Assembly (NCBI GenBank): GCA_963796455.1
Contig: CAWCLO010000006.1
Location: 160,001-224,000, forward strand
From: Candidatus Sulfomarinibacteraceae bacterium
Lineage (GTDB): Bacteria; Acidobacteriota; Thermoanaerobaculia; Thermoanaerobaculales; Sulfomarinibacteraceae
DNA: 64,000 nucleotides
Direction: 5' to 3'
The notes below the pieces were generated by a model. It had not been told where the DNA came from. It did not search any database and was given only the letters and a program-made list of their open reading frames with translations. Below, in pieces: positions 61,031 through 64,000 of this stretch (the stretch's first letter is position 1; each line of letters starts with the position of its first letter). The position numbers were made by a program, and so were the translations under genes.

Positions 61031-63013
61031 ATGACCAGTCGCTTTGTTCACGCTCTGATTGTTTTCGCCACAGCCTCGGTCGCGACTTCTTTCGTTGCCG
61101 CCCAGGAGAACCCGCAACGCGACATGCAGAAGGAGGGCGTGATCGTCGCCCAGCTCGAGGCGATTTCGCCGGAATCGGTCGCCGCCTTCGAAGCCGCGAC
61201 CTCGGCCCTCGACGGCGATGATTTCGAGCGCGCCGCCATCGAATACCGATCGGTTCTCGAAACGGTTCCCGACTTCGACCCGGCGCTTCGGCGGCTCGGT
61301 GGCGCCTATGTCGAACTCGGCCACTACGACAAGGGCATTGCGCTGATCGAACGTGCCGTGGCGATCAACCGATCCCCCGAAAACATCATCACCCTGGCCT
61401 ACCGTCTCGCGGTCCCGGGTGAAGGACGCGCAGAAGTGTCCAGGGAAGTTCTGACCCGCGCGCACTCCCTGGCGGTCGAGGCTGGACAGCTCGATCCGAA
61501 GGACCCCGAAACCCTCGCTCTCACCGCACAGCTTTCCCTTCAACTCGAGATGATGCCCGCGTTCGACGAGGCGGTGGACCGACTGCTCGCCAACCACCCC
61601 GAAAAAATGCCGACTCGATACTTCGCAGCCGTCCGGGCTGCACTCGACGAGGACTGGGTGGAAGCGGAGCACCAGATTCTCGAGGCGGGCCGCCTCGGCC
61701 TGCCCCGGGAGGCCGTCGACGAGTTTCTCGCGATGGGAGTCGGCAGCCGAGCCACGACCTGGCGCTGGGCTCGATACGCCGCCATCGCCACCGCGGCGTG
61801 GGCCGCCGGTCTGTTGCTGCTTTTTGTGGTCGGAAAGACCCTGTCCGCGATGACCCTGGCGTCGGTCGAGCGTGACGACCCGAACACCGAGGTTTCTGGG
61901 GCCACGAGAAAGCTCCGCTCATCCTATCGACGGGTCGTCACCGCCGCGGGGTTTTATTGGTACGTGTCTCTCCCGTTCGTGGCGCTCGTGGTGGTTGCTC
62001 TGACCGCTTCGCTCATCTACGGATTCCTGATGATCGGCCGGATCCCGATCAAGCTGGCAGCGATCGTCATCATCGGTGCGGTGGTCACCCTCTACGCCAT
62101 CGTCCGCTCGCTCTTCATCCGAATCCGGGACGACGAGGATCCGGGCCGGGCCGTCACCGAGGCCGATGCTCCTGCACTGTGGGCCGTCGCCAGGGAGGTG
62201 GCTGCACGCGTCGGCACCCGACCGATCGACGAAATCTGGCTGACGCCGGGCACCGAGTTGGCGGTCTATGAGCGGGGCGGCATGCGCGCCAAGATGTCGG
62301 ACACGGCCCGCCGGGCGCTGTTGCTCGGCGCCGGGGTGCTCGACGGCTTTGATCAGAATGCCTTCCAGGCGGTGTTGGCCCACGAATACGGCCACTTCTC
62401 CCACCGCGACACGGCCGGCGGCGAAGTGGCGATGCGGGTCCAGAACGGCATGTGGAAATTTGCCGGCGCGCTCGCCGATGCCGGTTATGCGGTGTGGTGG
62501 AACCTGGCCTTCCAGTTCCTCCGCCTCTACGACTTCCTTTTCCGGCGTATTTCACACGGGGCGAGCCGGCTGCAGGAGGTCCTTGCCGACCGGGTTGCGA
62601 TCCAGCGCTACGGCCTTGACGCCTTCAAGGAAGGTCTGACCCACGTGATTCGTCGATCCGTGATCTTCGATCACGCCGTTGATGTGGAGATCAACGATGC
62701 GATCGAGCGGCAGCGCCCATTGGCGAACCTCTATTCGCTGGCGGAGCCCACCGACCGCGAGACAAACCAGACGATCGAGCAACGGGTGGCGTCTGCGCTT
62801 GAAGAGGAAACAACCGAGGACAATACCCATCCCTCACCAAAGGACCGCTTCCGGCTCGGAGAACGGATCGCTGCAATCGGCGCCGGATATTCGCGCGGCC
62901 TCGTCTGGAGTCTTTTTGAAGATCCCGAGGCGATCAAGGCGGAGCTGACAGCGGAAATCGCCGCCAGGATCACCGATGGCACCGGCGTCGATGTCAGGCA
63001 ATCGCAGGCGTGA
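61031..63013 (+). CDS. M48 (HtpX/Ste24-like) membrane zinc metalloprotease with N-terminal extracytoplasmic TPR domain
   Basis: Signal peptide, TPR, ~3 TM helices, AVLAHEYGH, QEVLAD, THPS. Confidence 0.9.
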   Translation: MTSRFVHALIVFATASVATSFVAAQENPQRDMQKEGVIVAQLEAISPESVAAFEAATSALDGDDFERAAIEYRSVLETVPDFDPALRRLGGAYVELGHYDKGIALIERAVAINRSPENIITLAYRLAVPGEGRAEVSREVLTRAHSLAVEAGQLDPKDPETLALTAQLSLQLEMMPAFDEAVDRLLANHPEKMPTRYFAAVRAALDEDWVEAEHQILEAGRLGLPREAVDEFLAMGVGSRATTWRWARYAAIATAAWAAGLLLLFVVGKTLSAMTLASVERDDPNTEVSGATRKLRSSYRRVVTAAGFYWYVSLPFVALVVVALTASLIYGFLMIGRIPIKLAAIVIIGAVVTLYAIVRSLFIRIRDDEDPGRAVTEADAPALWAVAREVAARVGTRPIDEIWLTPGTELAVYERGGMRAKMSDTARRALLLGAGVLDGFDQNAFQAVLAHEYGHFSHRDTAGGEVAMRVQNGMWKFAGALADAGYAVWWNLAFQFLRLYDFLFRRISHGASRLQEVLADRVAIQRYGLDAFKEGLTHVIRRSVIFDHAVDVEINDAIERQRPLANLYSLAEPTDRETNQTIEQRVASALEEETTEDNTHPSPKDRFRLGERIAAIGAGYSRGLVWSLFEDPEAIKAELTAEIAARITDGTGVDVRQSQA

Positions 63014-63108
63014 GGGCATCGACCGCGACTCGATGTGAATACCACCGGCGACAGCGCGTATCTCACACAAGAGGAAACGCCGAACACAAGACGAGTACGG
63101 AGGTCCCG

Positions 63109-64000
63109 ATGTTGCGACGCAGTACTTTGATATCGAGAGTTGCCCTGACCCTTGGATTTTTGGCAGTGCCGGTCCTTGCCTCGGTTCCAATGAGTTCGAT
63201 CCTGGGCGGTGGCGAGAACGAAAACGCCGCCTTCGAAATGATGAATCTCGATCACGAGGGGCTCGAAGCAAAGGCGGCCGAGTTGCGCCGCCTCATCGAG
63301 GCGGACCCCGGCGATGAGAAGCTCTACTACCAGCTGTTTCTCTGCGCGAGCATCCGGATTTCGAAAGAATTCGAGGACGAGTTGACGGCGGCCCAGCAAT
63401 CCGGTCAGGTTCCTGATATTGCGGCGCTTCAGACCCGCTTCCTCGAATCGTCTCAAGCAGCCACCGCTCCGATTTTTGATCAATGGCAAAAAAACCTTCC
63501 GGAGAGCTGCCAGCCGCTGCTGATTCAGGCGCAGATGACTCAGGATACCGACGACAGACGCTCAATCCTGATCAGCGCGACGGAAAAGTGCCCCGACGAT
63601 GCGCTCGTCTTCTCATCGTATGCCTCCATCCTTGTCCTTGAAGGAAACCTGGAAGGCGGCGGCGAGATGCTCGAAGAGTTCGTCGAATCTCACCCCGAGG
63701 ACCCAAAAGGCTACGCGGCACTGGTCCAGCTGTTGCAATACAGCGGACGGCAGGCCGACGGGCTCGCAGTCATTTCAACCTGGCGCGACAATCTCCCGGA
63801 TGATCTCAGCGCCATGCAGACCGAGTTGTACTACCGCGGCCAACAGATGAGTCGATCCGAAACGGCGGCGGCGGCCGCCCTCCTGCTCGACCGCGAACAC
63901 ACCGCGCCCGAACTCTTGCAGACCTGTCAGGTTCTGAATGAACTCGACCTCCCGCTGCAGACCGACGACTGCCTCCAAAGGGTGCTTCATCAGGCAACCG
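63109..64000 (+). CDS. Exported TPR-like helical protein (3' end outside window; absent from ORF track)
   Basis: GGAGG RBS, ATG 63109, open frame to window end: MLRRSTLISRVALTLGFLAVPVLA..LIEADPGDEKLY..FVESHPEDPKGYAAL.. Confidence 0.75.
   Translation, partial: MLRRSTLISRVALTLGFLAVPVLASVPMSSILGGGENENAAFEMMNLDHEGLEAKAAELRRLIEADPGDEKLYYQLFLCASIRISKEFEDELTAAQQSGQVPDIAALQTRFLESSQAATAPIFDQWQKNLPESCQPLLIQAQMTQDTDDRRSILISATEKCPDDALVFSSYASILVLEGNLEGGGEMLEEFVESHPEDPKGYAALVQLLQYSGRQADGLAVISTWRDNLPDDLSAMQTELYYRGQQMSRSETAAAAALLLDREHTAPELLQTCQVLNELDLPLQTDDCLQRVLHQAT

Overview
GC-rich bacterial chromosome segment holding about 48 protein-coding genes or gene remnants. I found no rRNA, tRNA, CRISPR array, integrase or transposase. 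The gene content includes an Oar-like TonB receptor, a TIGR02999-type ECF sigma factor with a Ser/Thr kinase, PadR modules, a C-terminal 'IFxNGFExGD..W' tail and many secreted peptidases. That mix suggests Acidobacteriota, probably Thermoanaerobaculia (inference). Secreted or lipoprotein hydrolases dominate (M19, S8, S9, M48, two beta-lactamase-fold serine hydrolases, amidohydrolase, amidase, large extracellular nuclease), alongside an RND efflux pair and signalling proteins. About ten genes at 16-38 kb and 53-57 kb are split by single-base frameshifts, more likely assembly error than decay. Most unusual items: (1) a ~145-bp non-coding element present twice (1990-2136 and inverted at 50461-50605), one copy forming a long imperfect hairpin and the other preceding a ~135-nt stem-loop and a truncated four-helix-bundle-like gene; (2) an 18-Cys, three-repeat metallothionein-like lipoprotein; (3) a PadR operon with a tandem palindromic operator and two paralogous mini-ExbB/MotA-like membrane proteins but no ExbD; (4) a 30-38 kb cell-surface cluster with a Cys-repeat protein, a tectonin-like lectin, zinc-ribbon membrane proteins and an apparently inactive zincin; (5) a hexaheme cytochrome c gene overlapping an acyl-CoA dehydrogenase gene. 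All family assignments come from motif recognition by eye, not database searches.
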